Positions 1 to 10,118 of a stretch of 42,853 nt of DNA are shown piece after piece. A program made the position numbers and the translations under genes. The notes below the pieces were generated by a model, which was not told the DNA's origin, searched no databases, and saw only the letters and a list, made by a program, of their open reading frames with translations. Source of the DNA: Tannerellaceae bacterium (GTDB taxonomy: Bacteria; Bacteroidota; Bacteroidia; Bacteroidales; Tannerellaceae); contig JAVBUR010000040.1 in NCBI GenBank assembly GCA_031555145.1, positions 1 to 42,853 of the forward strand, given 5' to 3'. The stretch's first letter is position 1, and each line of letters opens with the position of its first letter.

Positions 1-304
1 CGCTGACGCGGCGCATGATAATTGTTGTTATTCTAATTGACCGTGGGCTCGGCTTCGCCAGCACCCACGGCTACGAACACAATGCCCGTGACCGGGCATT
101 CATCGTCGCGGCGAACACCCATTACTTTCAAATTTCGTTGAATATGAATGTTGTGTATCTTGTAACCAGGCGATCTTTCGGACGGTTTTGTCCGGTTTCG
201 GACACATCAGCAAAATGGCAATTGATTTATTTTCAACCCATTGACATTTCGGCACGCCTGTTGCAGGTAAGGCAGCAAACATCAAACAAGATAAATTATA
301 GGAT

Positions 305-973
305 ATGGGAATCATAGAAATGGAGGGTATTAGCAAGAAATACCGTACGAAAGAAGTGGAAACACTTGCATTGGAGAATGTCAATCTGGAAGTAAAGGCT
401 GGCGAATTCCTGTCGGTTATGGGACCGTCGGGATGTGGAAAGAGTACGCTGCTCAACCTGATGGGGTTGCTCGATCTGCCGGATGAAGGAAACATACGGA
501 TCGCCGGTCAGGAGACTACCGGCATGAAAGACGGCGCCATGGCTGAGTTCCGTAATGAAACATTGGGATTTGTCTTCCAGAGTTTCCACCTGATCAACTC
601 GCTCAATGTGATTGAGAATGTGGAGATGCCCCTCCTCTATCGTTCATCGACAGAAAAAGAGCGGCGTGAAAAAGCGAAAGCCGTATTAGAAAAGGTCGGC
701 CTCTCCCACCGGATGAAACACTTCCCCAGCCAGCTCTCCGGCGGACAATGCCAACGTGTCGCCATCGCCCGTGCCCTGATCGGCAACCCGAAGATCATCC
801 TGGCCGACGAACCTACGGGTAACCTCGACAGCCGGATGGGTGCTGAGATCATGGACATACTGTTCGGCCTCAACCAGGAAGGCGCCACCATCGTCATGGT
901 TACCCACGACGAACGGATTGCCAAAGAGACCCAACGCATTGTTCGCTTCTTCGACGGAAGACGGATTGAATAG
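305..973 (+). CDS. ABC transporter ATP-binding protein (MacB/LolD-like ATPase subunit)
   Basis: Walker A GPSGCGKST, ABC signature LSGGQCQRVAIARAL and Walker B ILADEPT. Product is 222 aa. The N-terminus IEMEGISKKY is typical of LolD/MacB-type ATPases. It is followed directly by FtsX-type permease genes. Confidence 0.9.
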   Translation: MGIIEMEGISKKYRTKEVETLALENVNLEVKAGEFLSVMGPSGCGKSTLLNLMGLLDLPDEGNIRIAGQETTGMKDGAMAEFRNETLGFVFQSFHLINSLNVIENVEMPLLYRSSTEKERREKAKAVLEKVGLSHRMKHFPSQLSGGQCQRVAIARALIGNPKIILADEPTGNLDSRMGAEIMDILFGLNQEGATIVMVTHDERIAKETQRIVRFFDGRRIE

Positions 974-1025
974 AATGGGAGTAGTAAGTAGATCGTTGTT
1001 GGGAGTTAGTAGAATCACATTCATT

Positions 1026-2291
1026 ATGTATAAGATATATTTCAAACAGGCCCTTTATATACTGAAGAGCAATCCGTTGCTCAGTCTTATTTCCATTATA
1101 GGAACGGCATTGGCTATCTGCATGATCATGGTCATTATGATTCTGTATGAAGTCAATACGGCGGACATTACGCCGGAAGTAAACCGGAGCCGTTCGTATT
1201 ATGTGACGGTCATTGAATCGCTTAATAAGACGACAAAGCAACGATATTCCTATACATACCTCGGATACACATTCACCAAAGAGTGTCTGTATTCACTTAC
1301 ACAAGCGGAAACGGTTACCGCCACGATTCATGGCCATACCTCTTTTACTTCCACAATGGATCAGCAACAGGAGTATATGAGCAATGTGCTTTACACAGAT
1401 GTCACCTTTTGGAGTGCATACCAGTTTCATTTTGTGGATGGGCGCCCGTACAACGAAGCTGAATTCGCAAGCGGCCTCCGCAACATAGTGATCACAGAAA
1501 GCCTTGCCCGCAGGATGTTCGGTACGGAAAAAGCGGCCGGCAAACAACTGAAATTAAGTTATATCCCGTATACAATCAGCGGAGTAGTAAAGGATGTTTC
1601 AAAATTTGCAGATAAAGCGTATGCTGACATATGGCTTCCTTTTACCACCATGAAAAACATTCCGGATTGGAACGAAGGGGTCAATGGCGACATGCAATGT
1701 ACCATCATAGCAAAAGAAGGCGTAACCCGGAAAGGGTTGCAGGAAGAAATAGCCAACAAAATGGCGGTATTCAACTCCAAAACATCACAGGTTGAAGCCT
1801 TTATCAATGAGCAGCCGATGAGCCACGCTCAACTATGGCTAACAGGAGGAGGTACACACCAGGCTCCTAATATGCAAAACACCTTCTTCAGGTACGGATT
1901 CCTGATCCTTATGCTGCTACTGGTTCCCGCGCTCAATCTTTCCGGTATTATATTATCCCAAATGCAAAAACGGCTAGGAGAACTGGGCGTACGCAGGGCC
2001 TTTGGAGCCAAATCCAATCATCTGCTTTGGCAGGTTATAACCGAAAATGCCGTACAGACACTGATAGGCGGTTTTCTGGGATTAGTATTATCCTATTTGG
2101 GTTTGTATTTGCTTCGGAACTGGCTATTGACAACAACTATGGGAGTTGACAGCTTGACTGGCAGCATGTTCAGTATCACTGTATTCTTATACGCCTTTCT
2201 GTTCTGCATGGTGATGAACCTGCTGTCGGCCGGTATTCCGGCATGGAACGTCTCCCGTTCAAAAATTATAGATTCATTAAACACACTATAA
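1026..2291 (+). CDS. FtsX-family ABC transporter permease (MacB-like, A-type paralog 1)
   Basis: The long ORF 840-2291 overlaps the ATPase. The start was chosen at ATG 1026 (MYKIYFKQA...) because paralogs at 3576 and 6150 begin identically. One N-terminal TM, a large extracytoplasmic domain and a C-terminal 3-TM FtsX region ending ...LLSAGIPAWNVSRSKIIDSLN. Confidence 0.8.
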   Translation: MYKIYFKQALYILKSNPLLSLISIIGTALAICMIMVIMILYEVNTADITPEVNRSRSYYVTVIESLNKTTKQRYSYTYLGYTFTKECLYSLTQAETVTATIHGHTSFTSTMDQQQEYMSNVLYTDVTFWSAYQFHFVDGRPYNEAEFASGLRNIVITESLARRMFGTEKAAGKQLKLSYIPYTISGVVKDVSKFADKAYADIWLPFTTMKNIPDWNEGVNGDMQCTIIAKEGVTRKGLQEEIANKMAVFNSKTSQVEAFINEQPMSHAQLWLTGGGTHQAPNMQNTFFRYGFLILMLLLVPALNLSGIILSQMQKRLGELGVRRAFGAKSNHLLWQVITENAVQTLIGGFLGLVLSYLGLYLLRNWLLTTTMGVDSLTGSMFSITVFLYAFLFCMVMNLLSAGIPAWNVSRSKIIDSLNTL

Positions 2292-2296
2292 AAGTT

Positions 2297-3559
2297 ATGT
2301 GGACAACCGTAATCCGACAAATGTGGAACGAACGGAAAGGGAATAGCCTGATCTGGTTCGAATTAGTGATTGTGGCTGCTTTTATGTGGTACACTGTTGA
2401 TGCATTGTACATTGCGTATAAGAATTACACCCGACCGTTAGGCTTCGATATCAACCACACCTATCATATCTCACTCGCGGCAATAGATAAAGAGAGTGAA
2501 GCATACGATCAGGCGGCATCCGACGCTGAAACTCCCGGCGACTATTTCTTTACCATACTTGATCGTATCGGTCGGAATCCACAAGTGGAGGCCGTATGCT
2601 ATACCAGCAATAATCATTTTCATTATAAATGGAGTAACCAGTTCAGTACATTCAAAAATGATTCGCTGTCCCGGAATGGGTATGTACGGAATGTAAGTCC
2701 TTCCTATTTTCAGGTATTCAATGTACAATCTGCTAATGACAGGGATCGTGAGGAATTAGGAAAAGTATTGGAGAGAAACGAGATTGTGATTACCAACACT
2801 GTAGCCAATACTTTTTTTGGAAATACATCCAATGCTATGAGTAAGGAAATCCGATGCATTATCCAGAACGAAGACAGTGCCCTCTACAAGATCGGAGCCG
2901 TATGCGAAGCACAACGAACCAATGATTTCCGGGAATATGATTATGCATTTTACCGAAATATACCTGCCGACCAGTTAAGAAAGCATCTTGGAAGCCCGGC
3001 CTACATGAACATCTTCATCCGTATCAAGGCGAATAACGACAGTAAAGCCTTTCCGGAAAAATTCCGTAAAGAAATGCGCGAACAACTCCATGTGGGCAAT
3101 TGCTATCTGGCAAACATTACCCCCATGTCCGAATACAGGGAACAACAAATACGCGAGGGGCTGGATCAAATGCGTATGAACAGTTCTGTCATTGGCTTCT
3201 TTCTGCTAAATGTGCTATTAGGGGTAGTCGGCACCTTCTGGCTTCGCACCCAACGAAAACAAGGTGAAATCGGTCTCCGGTTGGCAGTCGGATCGTCGCA
3301 ATCAGGCATTGCCCGGTTACTTTTCCTGGAGGGAAACATCTTACTATTGGCCGCTTTTATTCCTGCCACCTTGATCTTCATCAACCTGCAATATGCCGGC
3401 GTCATAGAGAGTGTATACGGATTACCGTTTATCCCTCGTTTTCTGACAGGTATGATCATTACTTATTTGTTATTGGCCGGTATGATGGGGGTTGGCATAT
3501 CCTTCCCGGCATGGCGGGCGGTAAAAATTAGTCCGGTAAAGGCATTACATTACGAATAA
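2297..3559 (+). CDS. FtsX-family ABC transporter permease (B-type paralog 1)
   Basis: Start chosen at ATG 2297 (MWTTVIRQMWNERKGNS...) by analogy with the MIRHILTIIWNERK N-termini of paralogs at 4844 and 7421. C-terminal FtsX-like TM bundle ...PAWRAVKISPVKALHYE. Confidence 0.75.
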   Translation: MWTTVIRQMWNERKGNSLIWFELVIVAAFMWYTVDALYIAYKNYTRPLGFDINHTYHISLAAIDKESEAYDQAASDAETPGDYFFTILDRIGRNPQVEAVCYTSNNHFHYKWSNQFSTFKNDSLSRNGYVRNVSPSYFQVFNVQSANDRDREELGKVLERNEIVITNTVANTFFGNTSNAMSKEIRCIIQNEDSALYKIGAVCEAQRTNDFREYDYAFYRNIPADQLRKHLGSPAYMNIFIRIKANNDSKAFPEKFRKEMREQLHVGNCYLANITPMSEYREQQIREGLDQMRMNSSVIGFFLLNVLLGVVGTFWLRTQRKQGEIGLRLAVGSSQSGIARLLFLEGNILLLAAFIPATLIFINLQYAGVIESVYGLPFIPRFLTGMIITYLLLAGMMGVGISFPAWRAVKISPVKALHYE

Positions 3560-3575
3560 GAATAAACAAACAGGT

Positions 3576-4847
3576 ATGTACAAAATATATTTCAAACAAG
3601 CCATCCAGATGCTGAAACAAAACAAGTTTATCAGCATCGTAGCTATCATCGGTACGGCGTTAGCCATTATGATGATCATGGCTATCCTGGTATCCGAAGA
3701 AGTGAAAACGATCAGTGTAGCGCCGGAGGTGAACCGCGACCGGACGTATTACGTCAGTTATCAGGCCGTAAGGGATACCACCAGTGGCATGATGGTGAGT
3801 GGATTCGTCGATTATGATATCATACGCAAATACCTGGCGGAACTGAAAACACCCGAATGTGTATCGGCTGTTAATATGTATGATACACGAACCACCAAAC
3901 TAATCAACACGGAAGGTTCGAATACCTATGTCAATGCCATTGTGCGGATCACTGACGCGAATTACTGGAAGATAATGGCGTTCAATTTTATCGAAGGGAA
4001 ACCATTCGTTCAGGAAGAATTTGACTCCGGCATTCCGGTAGCTGTTATCAGCCAAAACATGGAACGAACGCTATTCAAAGGAGAGAAAGCGCTTGGACAA
4101 ATCATCTTGGTGGAGTTCAAGCCCTACCGGGTCATTGGTATCGTAAAGGATGTCTCACCGGTTTTCAGAATGGCATACGGCCAGGTATGGATCACATATA
4201 CCTCACAGAAAAAGTTTGAACATTCGGGATACCATGTCATGTTGCTAGCACGCAGCAACAATGACTACCCGGCCATGTATGAAGAGGTTCGGAATGTAGA
4301 GAAGAGGTATCATGCCGACAAGAATCCCTGGACCATGTATCTGCGCGGGCCTGAAAATCATCGCATCTACCAGATGGATGTTCGGGCGGGCAATGCCAAT
4401 TCCGTAGCCAAAGGAATCAAGACACAGAACAGGAAGATGGTGTTCATCCTGCTGATACTGCTGCTGATACCGGCCATCAACCTGTCGGGATTCAGTCTTT
4501 CACGTATCAAACGGCGTACCGCTGAAATCGGAGTCCGGAAAGCGTTCGGAGCCAAGCGGTACATCATCCTGATACAGGTGCTTTGTGAAAACCTGATCAC
4601 TTCGCTGATCGGGGGTATGATCGGGCTACTTTTCTCTTATTTGGTGATCTTCCAGATGCGGAGATGGTTGCTCGGAGTCCCGACTGGTAGTGATATTCCT
4701 GGCAGCACGCTTATTTCCCTGCCCGTTTTTATTGCCGTATTCGTCGTATGCCTGCTAATCAACCTGCTCTCTGCCGGTATACCGGCCTACCGGGCTTCCC
4801 AGATGAAAATAATCGATTCACTCAATCAAAACGATAAACAATCATGA
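3576..4847 (+). CDS. FtsX-family ABC transporter permease (A-type paralog 2)
   Basis: 423 aa. N-terminus MYKIYFKQAIQMLKQNKF. C-terminal conserved block RIKRRTAEIGVRKAFGAK...LLSAGIPAYRASQMKIIDSLN. 4-bp overlap with the next gene. Confidence 0.85.
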   Translation: MYKIYFKQAIQMLKQNKFISIVAIIGTALAIMMIMAILVSEEVKTISVAPEVNRDRTYYVSYQAVRDTTSGMMVSGFVDYDIIRKYLAELKTPECVSAVNMYDTRTTKLINTEGSNTYVNAIVRITDANYWKIMAFNFIEGKPFVQEEFDSGIPVAVISQNMERTLFKGEKALGQIILVEFKPYRVIGIVKDVSPVFRMAYGQVWITYTSQKKFEHSGYHVMLLARSNNDYPAMYEEVRNVEKRYHADKNPWTMYLRGPENHRIYQMDVRAGNANSVAKGIKTQNRKMVFILLILLLIPAINLSGFSLSRIKRRTAEIGVRKAFGAKRYIILIQVLCENLITSLIGGMIGLLFSYLVIFQMRRWLLGVPTGSDIPGSTLISLPVFIAVFVVCLLINLLSAGIPAYRASQMKIIDSLNQNDKQS

Positions 4848-6106
4848 TACGCCATATCCTCACCATTATCTGGAACGAACGGAAAACGAATGCCTGGATC
4901 GTTGTCGAATACACCCTTGTCTTCTGTATCCTATGGTTTTGTTGCGACTATCTGTACTTTATAGGGAAATCCTATATCGAGCCGTTGGGGTTTGATATCG
5001 AACATACCTATGCCATTGAGATGGGTGAGAAGGATCAGGAAGGAGATCCCAGTACGAAAGAAGACATATATGCAGATGCTATCACGTTAATGGAACGTGT
5101 CAAACGTTATCCGGGTGTCGAAAGTGTCAGTTTCAGTTCTTCTTCCGTACCCTATTTCCTGAGCTGGAGCGGTAACGGGTATATCGTCAATTCGGATTCC
5201 ACCTGGCAAACCATACAGCTACGAAGAGTAACACCGGGTTACTTTGACGTATTCAGGATAAAGATGGTATCAGGACGTGCCTTCACACCCGAAAACAGCA
5301 ATGATAATACGATACTGATCAGTCCGGACAGAAATAACATGTTTGGTAAAGACAAAAACACCATCCATGCCATATCAGATGTACGTACGCTCCGTACAGC
5401 AGAAGAAGGTGATGATACATATACGGTTACCGGTATCACTGATAAAATGAAAAGGGCATTTTACGAACCATACGAAATCAGTATATTTCAGCCACTAAGC
5501 AGAGATATGTACAACCCGTCATGGAATGAAATCACCATCCGGGTACGTCCGGAAGCCGACAAGAACTTCGCCGAACAATTTACACGCGACATGCGCGAAC
5601 AATTGATGATCGGGTCTTATTTCCTCACCTCCATAACATCCTTGGAGGAGATACGGGATTCCGCCGCCGAATGGAGTGGCATCTGGGCGAACCTGAACAG
5701 CATCTATTCTATCACCGCATTCCTGATCATCAATATCTTCCTCGGTATTATCGGCACCTTCTGGTATCGGACACAGGCACGGCGCAGTGAGATCGGGTTA
5801 CGTATTGCACTGGGGGCCACCAAACGGCAAATCAAGACAATACTCTGTACAGAAACACTGCTATTGTTACTCCTATCCAGCATTATCGGTATCAACATCT
5901 GTCTGAACATCAACCAGACCGACCTGCTGAAAACACTGGGGATCCCGGCAGCCGACAGCGTAGCGGCAGGCAGCGGCATCGAACAATACTTCATCAACTT
6001 TGCCCTCACCTTCGGTTTCCTTGCCCTGGTTTCCCTGGCTGCCGTATGGTACCCGGCACGACAGGCGGCAAATATTCCGCCGGTAGAGGCATTACGAGAA
6101 GAATAA
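4844..6106 (+). CDS. FtsX-family ABC transporter permease (B-type paralog 2)
   Basis: 420 aa. N-terminus MIRHILTIIWNERKTNAW. C-terminal FtsX TM region ...AVWYPARQAANIPPVEALREE. Confidence 0.85.
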   Translation: MIRHILTIIWNERKTNAWIVVEYTLVFCILWFCCDYLYFIGKSYIEPLGFDIEHTYAIEMGEKDQEGDPSTKEDIYADAITLMERVKRYPGVESVSFSSSSVPYFLSWSGNGYIVNSDSTWQTIQLRRVTPGYFDVFRIKMVSGRAFTPENSNDNTILISPDRNNMFGKDKNTIHAISDVRTLRTAEEGDDTYTVTGITDKMKRAFYEPYEISIFQPLSRDMYNPSWNEITIRVRPEADKNFAEQFTRDMREQLMIGSYFLTSITSLEEIRDSAAEWSGIWANLNSIYSITAFLIINIFLGIIGTFWYRTQARRSEIGLRIALGATKRQIKTILCTETLLLLLLSSIIGINICLNINQTDLLKTLGIPAADSVAAGSGIEQYFINFALTFGFLALVSLAAVWYPARQAANIPPVEALREE

Positions 6107-6149
6107 GGAGAGTATGCATTAGTACAGGTAAGAGACACTATTGTTAGCT

Positions 6150-7424
6150 ATGTATAAGATCTATTTCAAACAAGCTATCCAGATGCTGAAGCAGAACAAG
6201 TTCATCAGCATCGTAGCGATCATCGGCACGGCATTGGCCATTATGATGATCATGGCGATACTGGTATCCGAAGAAGTGAAGACGATCAGTGTGGCACCGG
6301 AAATCAACCGTGACCGGACGTTTTATATCCATTATCAGACAGAGCGGGATACGAGCGGCCTCAATCATACTTCAAATTCCGGTTACCTCACTTACAATGT
6401 AGTACGACACTATCTGTCAAACCTGAAAACACCCGAACAGGTATCTGCCATAAGCTCCGAAATATGCCTCACAAACCGAGAAGGGATGAGCGAATATGTC
6501 AATACAGTGGTACGCCAGATCGATGCCTCTTATTGGAAGATACTCGCCTTTACATTTATTGAAGGAAGACCTTTCAGTCAGGAAGAGTTCGAATCAGGCC
6601 TACAGGTTGCCGTGATCAATCAAAGTACCGCCCAACAGTTATTCAAAGGCGAGCAGGCAATCGGACAAACCATCCTGATCGAATTCAAGCCCTATCGGGT
6701 AGTCGGCATTGTTAGAGATGTATCGTCTGTCTTTACAATGGCTCACGGAGATATATGGATCGCCTATACCTCACAACAAAACAATGAATCCAGGAATGCG
6801 TCTATATTCAACCTGATGTTGCTGGCACGAAACACGGATGATTACCCGGCCATCAGTGAAGAAATACGCAAAATGGAAAAGAAATACCAGACAGACAACA
6901 CGGCTAAAACCCTCGAACTGATGGGACCGATAAGCCATCGTACCTATCGGATGAATATTCGAGGGGGCACGGCTGAGAGCATCGCCAAAGAGGTTCAAAT
7001 ACAAAACCGCAAACTGTTATTTATATTGTTGGTCCTGTTGTTGATCCCTGCCATCAACCTGTCAGGCTTCAGCCTGTCGCGCATCAAACGGCGCACGGCG
7101 GAGATTGGTGTCCGGAAAGCGTTCGGTGCCAAACAGTATGTCATCCTGTTCCAGGTACTTTGCGAGAATCTGGTAACCTCTCTAATCGGCGGTGTGATCG
7201 GGCTTCCGCTCTCGTATGTAGTGGTATTCATGATGCGTGACTGGTTACTGAATCTACCCGACGATAGTGTGATCCCAGTCAGCACACTGGTTTCGCTACC
7301 GGTATTACTGGCTGTATTCACCATATGCCTGCTGATTAATCTGTTGTCTGCCGGCATCCCGGCCTACCGGGCTTCATGCATGAAAATAGTCGACTCCATC
7401 AATCAAAACGATAAGCAAGCATGA
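6150..7424 (+). CDS. FtsX-family ABC transporter permease (A-type paralog 3)
   Basis: The ORF track begins at TTG 6141. ATG 6150 gives MYKIYFKQAIQMLKQNKF, identical to the 3576 paralog over about 50 aa. Middle domain diverged, C-terminus conserved. Confidence 0.85.
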   Translation: MYKIYFKQAIQMLKQNKFISIVAIIGTALAIMMIMAILVSEEVKTISVAPEINRDRTFYIHYQTERDTSGLNHTSNSGYLTYNVVRHYLSNLKTPEQVSAISSEICLTNREGMSEYVNTVVRQIDASYWKILAFTFIEGRPFSQEEFESGLQVAVINQSTAQQLFKGEQAIGQTILIEFKPYRVVGIVRDVSSVFTMAHGDIWIAYTSQQNNESRNASIFNLMLLARNTDDYPAISEEIRKMEKKYQTDNTAKTLELMGPISHRTYRMNIRGGTAESIAKEVQIQNRKLLFILLVLLLIPAINLSGFSLSRIKRRTAEIGVRKAFGAKQYVILFQVLCENLVTSLIGGVIGLPLSYVVVFMMRDWLLNLPDDSVIPVSTLVSLPVLLAVFTICLLINLLSAGIPAYRASCMKIVDSINQNDKQA

Positions 7425-8689
7425 TACGACATATCCTTACCATTATCTGGAACGAACGAAAAGCCAATAGCTGGATCGTGATAGAGTACACCTTTGTCTT
7501 TTGCATCCTGTGGTTCTGCTGCGACTACTTGTACTTCATCGGCAAATCATACATGGAGCCACTGGGTTTCAACATTGAACATACTTATCGCATCCAAATG
7601 AAAGAAAGAGACGGCGACAGGGATGCCCGAAAGCAAGAAGACACGTATGCCCATATCCGGCTCTTTCTGGAACGGGTCAAACGCCACCCGGCCATTGAAG
7701 GTGTCAGTATAAGCCAATCGGCGGCACCCTATCTCGGCAGTTTCTCCAGTACCGGTTTTAAAATCAATACGGACTCTGTCTGGCCAACCATACAACAACG
7801 AATGGTTACACCGGATTTTTTCGATGTATTTAAGATCAAGCTACAATCCGGACGCGCCTTTAACGAACAAGAAGACTGGAATAGTATTGTCGCCCTGATA
7901 GCCCCGAACAGGCATCAACGATTTGGAGCAAGAGGAGAACCCGGAATACCGGTTACGGAAGTACGCACAGTCTCCAAAGATTATGAAGAAGGTAAGCAGT
8001 TCCATTCGGTGATTGGTATCACTGCCCCTATAAAAACGACGTTCTATGACCCGTATCGTTGTTGTGTATTTCTACCGATGAACCTGACATATTCCGACCT
8101 GCGCTGGGCGGAAATCATTGTCCGTGTACGACCGAAAGCTGATCGGAACTTTGTCGAACAGTTCACCCGCGACATGCGTGAACAATTGATGATCGGCCCG
8201 TATTTCCTGACAACTGTTACCCCATTAACCAAATTGCGTGATAGCTTCATGAAAGGGCAAGGTATAACATCCAGCCTGAACAGCATCTACTCCATCACCG
8301 CCTTCCTGATCATCAATATCTTCCTCGGCATTATCGGTACCTTTTGGTATCGGACACAGGCACGACGGAGTGAAATCGGACTTCGCATCGCCATGGGTGC
8401 CAGCCGGCGACAGATCGAAACAATGCTATTCGCCGAGACACTACTGCTATTATTCATCGCCAGTGTGATAGGTCTCAACATCTGCCTCAATATCAATCAG
8501 ACTGACTTGTTGCAGGCACTCGGCATCCCTCAATCCGACCATGCACAGGCCGGTATTGGTATCGAACATTACTTTATCAACTACACACTGACCTTCGGTT
8601 TCCTGGCCATCATTTCCCTGGCAGCCGTATGGTATCCGGCACGGCAGGCGGCAAGTATACCACCGGTAGAAGCATTGCAGGAAGAATAA
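7421..8689 (+). CDS. FtsX-family ABC transporter permease (B-type paralog 3)
   Basis: 422 aa. MIRHILTIIWNERKANSW N-terminus. High similarity to the 4844 gene at both termini. Confidence 0.85.
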   Translation: MIRHILTIIWNERKANSWIVIEYTFVFCILWFCCDYLYFIGKSYMEPLGFNIEHTYRIQMKERDGDRDARKQEDTYAHIRLFLERVKRHPAIEGVSISQSAAPYLGSFSSTGFKINTDSVWPTIQQRMVTPDFFDVFKIKLQSGRAFNEQEDWNSIVALIAPNRHQRFGARGEPGIPVTEVRTVSKDYEEGKQFHSVIGITAPIKTTFYDPYRCCVFLPMNLTYSDLRWAEIIVRVRPKADRNFVEQFTRDMREQLMIGPYFLTTVTPLTKLRDSFMKGQGITSSLNSIYSITAFLIINIFLGIIGTFWYRTQARRSEIGLRIAMGASRRQIETMLFAETLLLLFIASVIGLNICLNINQTDLLQALGIPQSDHAQAGIGIEHYFINYTLTFGFLAIISLAAVWYPARQAASIPPVEALQEE

Positions 8690-8755
8690 ATACCAAATAA
8701 CACAACCCTATTCAATAAAATCTTTATTTTTACATGTTCAAGAAGTGAATGCCCC

Positions 8756-10117
8756 ATGATATTGATTTGTGACGACGATGTAACCGTTCGTACCACCCTC
8801 ACACTGGTACTCAAACGGGCAGGATATGAAGTAGCAACGGCTGCCACGCGGCAGGAGGCAATCGACTTTGTACGCCATACCGAGCCGCAACTCATCCTGA
8901 TGGATATGAACTACAGCCAGACGACCACGGGTGAAGAAGGATTGGAACTACTGGCGCAGGCCAAGGTGTTCCGTCCCGATGTGCCGGTGATCCTGATCAC
9001 GGCCTGGGGGTCGATCGGGTTGGCAGTACAGGGCATACGCGCCGGGGCATTCGACTTCGTCACCAAGCCCTGGAACAACGTGGCGCTACTGAACAGTATC
9101 CAGACGGCTATCCAATTGAACGAAGAAAGCCGGAAAGAGATTCCGGACAGCCTTACCTCCCCGGGTAAATCGTTGCGTAACGATAAGATCATCGGTCGTT
9201 CCCCACTCCTACAACAGGTAATGAACACAGTTGCCCGTATTGCCCATACCAGCGCACCTGTTCTGATCACCGGCGAAAGCGGTACAGGTAAAGAACTCAT
9301 CGCTGAAGCCATCCATGAAGGCAGCAACCGTAACAAAGGAACTTTTGTTAAAGTTAACCTGGGAGGTATCTCCCAGTCGTTATTCGAAAGCGAGATGTTC
9401 GGACACAAACAGGGAGCCTTCACCGATGCCCGGCACGACCGGGTGGGACGGTTTGAACTGGCGAACAAGGGTAGCATCTTCCTCGACGAGATCGGCGAAC
9501 TCGACCTCGTATGCCAGGTTAAGCTGTTGCGTGTATTACAGGATCAGACCTTCGAACCGCTTGGCGACAGTAAACCCCGGCAAGTGGATACCCGCATCAT
9601 CAGCGCCACCAATCGTAACCTGACCGAGATGGTCGCACAGGGATCATTCCGCGAAGACCTGTTCTACCGCATCAACCTGATTACCATCCGGATGCCTTCG
9701 CTGCGTGAACGGTTGGAAGATATTCCACTGCTGGCAGATCATTTTGCCCGGAAACAGACCAAACTGAATGGATTACCGCCTGTCGAAATAGCGCCGGACG
9801 CTATTCGATACCTGCAACAACTGCCTTTCCCGGGTAATATCCGCGAACTGAAGAACCTGGTAGACCGCACTCTACTGGTATCCGGCCACCAACGGATCAC
9901 AGAGGCCGACTTTCGCGAACAATACGTAGAGATACCCTCCGGGCACGAACCGGAAGCCAGTTCCGTGCAGTCGCTCGAACGAATTGAGAAGAACATGATC
10001 CTCCGGGCAATCAAACTCTATGGATCGAACCACTCTAAGATCGCTACCGCCCTGGGTGTGAGCAGGCAAACGCTCTACCGGCGCCTCGAGAAATACGATA
10101 TCAAACTCCCTGAATAA
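8756..10117 (+). CDS. sigma-54-dependent Fis-family response regulator (NtrC-like)
   Basis: N-terminal receiver domain (ICDDD...LILMDMNY...KP), AAA+ sigma54-interaction domain (GESGTGKE, GAFTDA, ESELFGH-like), C-terminal Fis HTH (KIATALGVSRQTLYRRLEKYDI). Confidence 0.9.
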   Translation: MILICDDDVTVRTTLTLVLKRAGYEVATAATRQEAIDFVRHTEPQLILMDMNYSQTTTGEEGLELLAQAKVFRPDVPVILITAWGSIGLAVQGIRAGAFDFVTKPWNNVALLNSIQTAIQLNEESRKEIPDSLTSPGKSLRNDKIIGRSPLLQQVMNTVARIAHTSAPVLITGESGTGKELIAEAIHEGSNRNKGTFVKVNLGGISQSLFESEMFGHKQGAFTDARHDRVGRFELANKGSIFLDEIGELDLVCQVKLLRVLQDQTFEPLGDSKPRQVDTRIISATNRNLTEMVAQGSFREDLFYRINLITIRMPSLRERLEDIPLLADHFARKQTKLNGLPPVEIAPDAIRYLQQLPFPGNIRELKNLVDRTLLVSGHQRITEADFREQYVEIPSGHEPEASSVQSLERIEKNMILRAIKLYGSNHSKIATALGVSRQTLYRRLEKYDIKLPE

Positions 10118-10118
10118 G

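Larger units (their letters stand above)
3576..8689 (+). repeat. tandem segmental duplication of a permease gene pair (3576-6106 vs 6150-8689)
   Basis: The gene-pair N-termini are identical over about 50 aa. The 5' nucleotide stretches are about 85% identical by eye. C-terminal TM regions are conserved and periplasmic domains diverged. Confidence 0.7.

Noticed and set aside
15-317. 100-aa plus-strand ORF upstream of and overlapping the ABC ATPase start
   Set aside because: It has no recognisable motif and overlaps the ATPase start. The region is more likely the promoter/5' region of the ABC operon. A minus-strand ATG at 16-14 (MRRVS...) may start a divergent gene leaving the window but cannot be assessed from 16 nt.
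840-1025. N-terminal 62-aa extension of the first permease ORF that overlaps the ATPase gene
   Set aside because: The extension has no TM or signal character and overlaps the ATPase by about 130 nt. The paralogs start at the MYKIYFKQA Met, so ATG 1026 was used.
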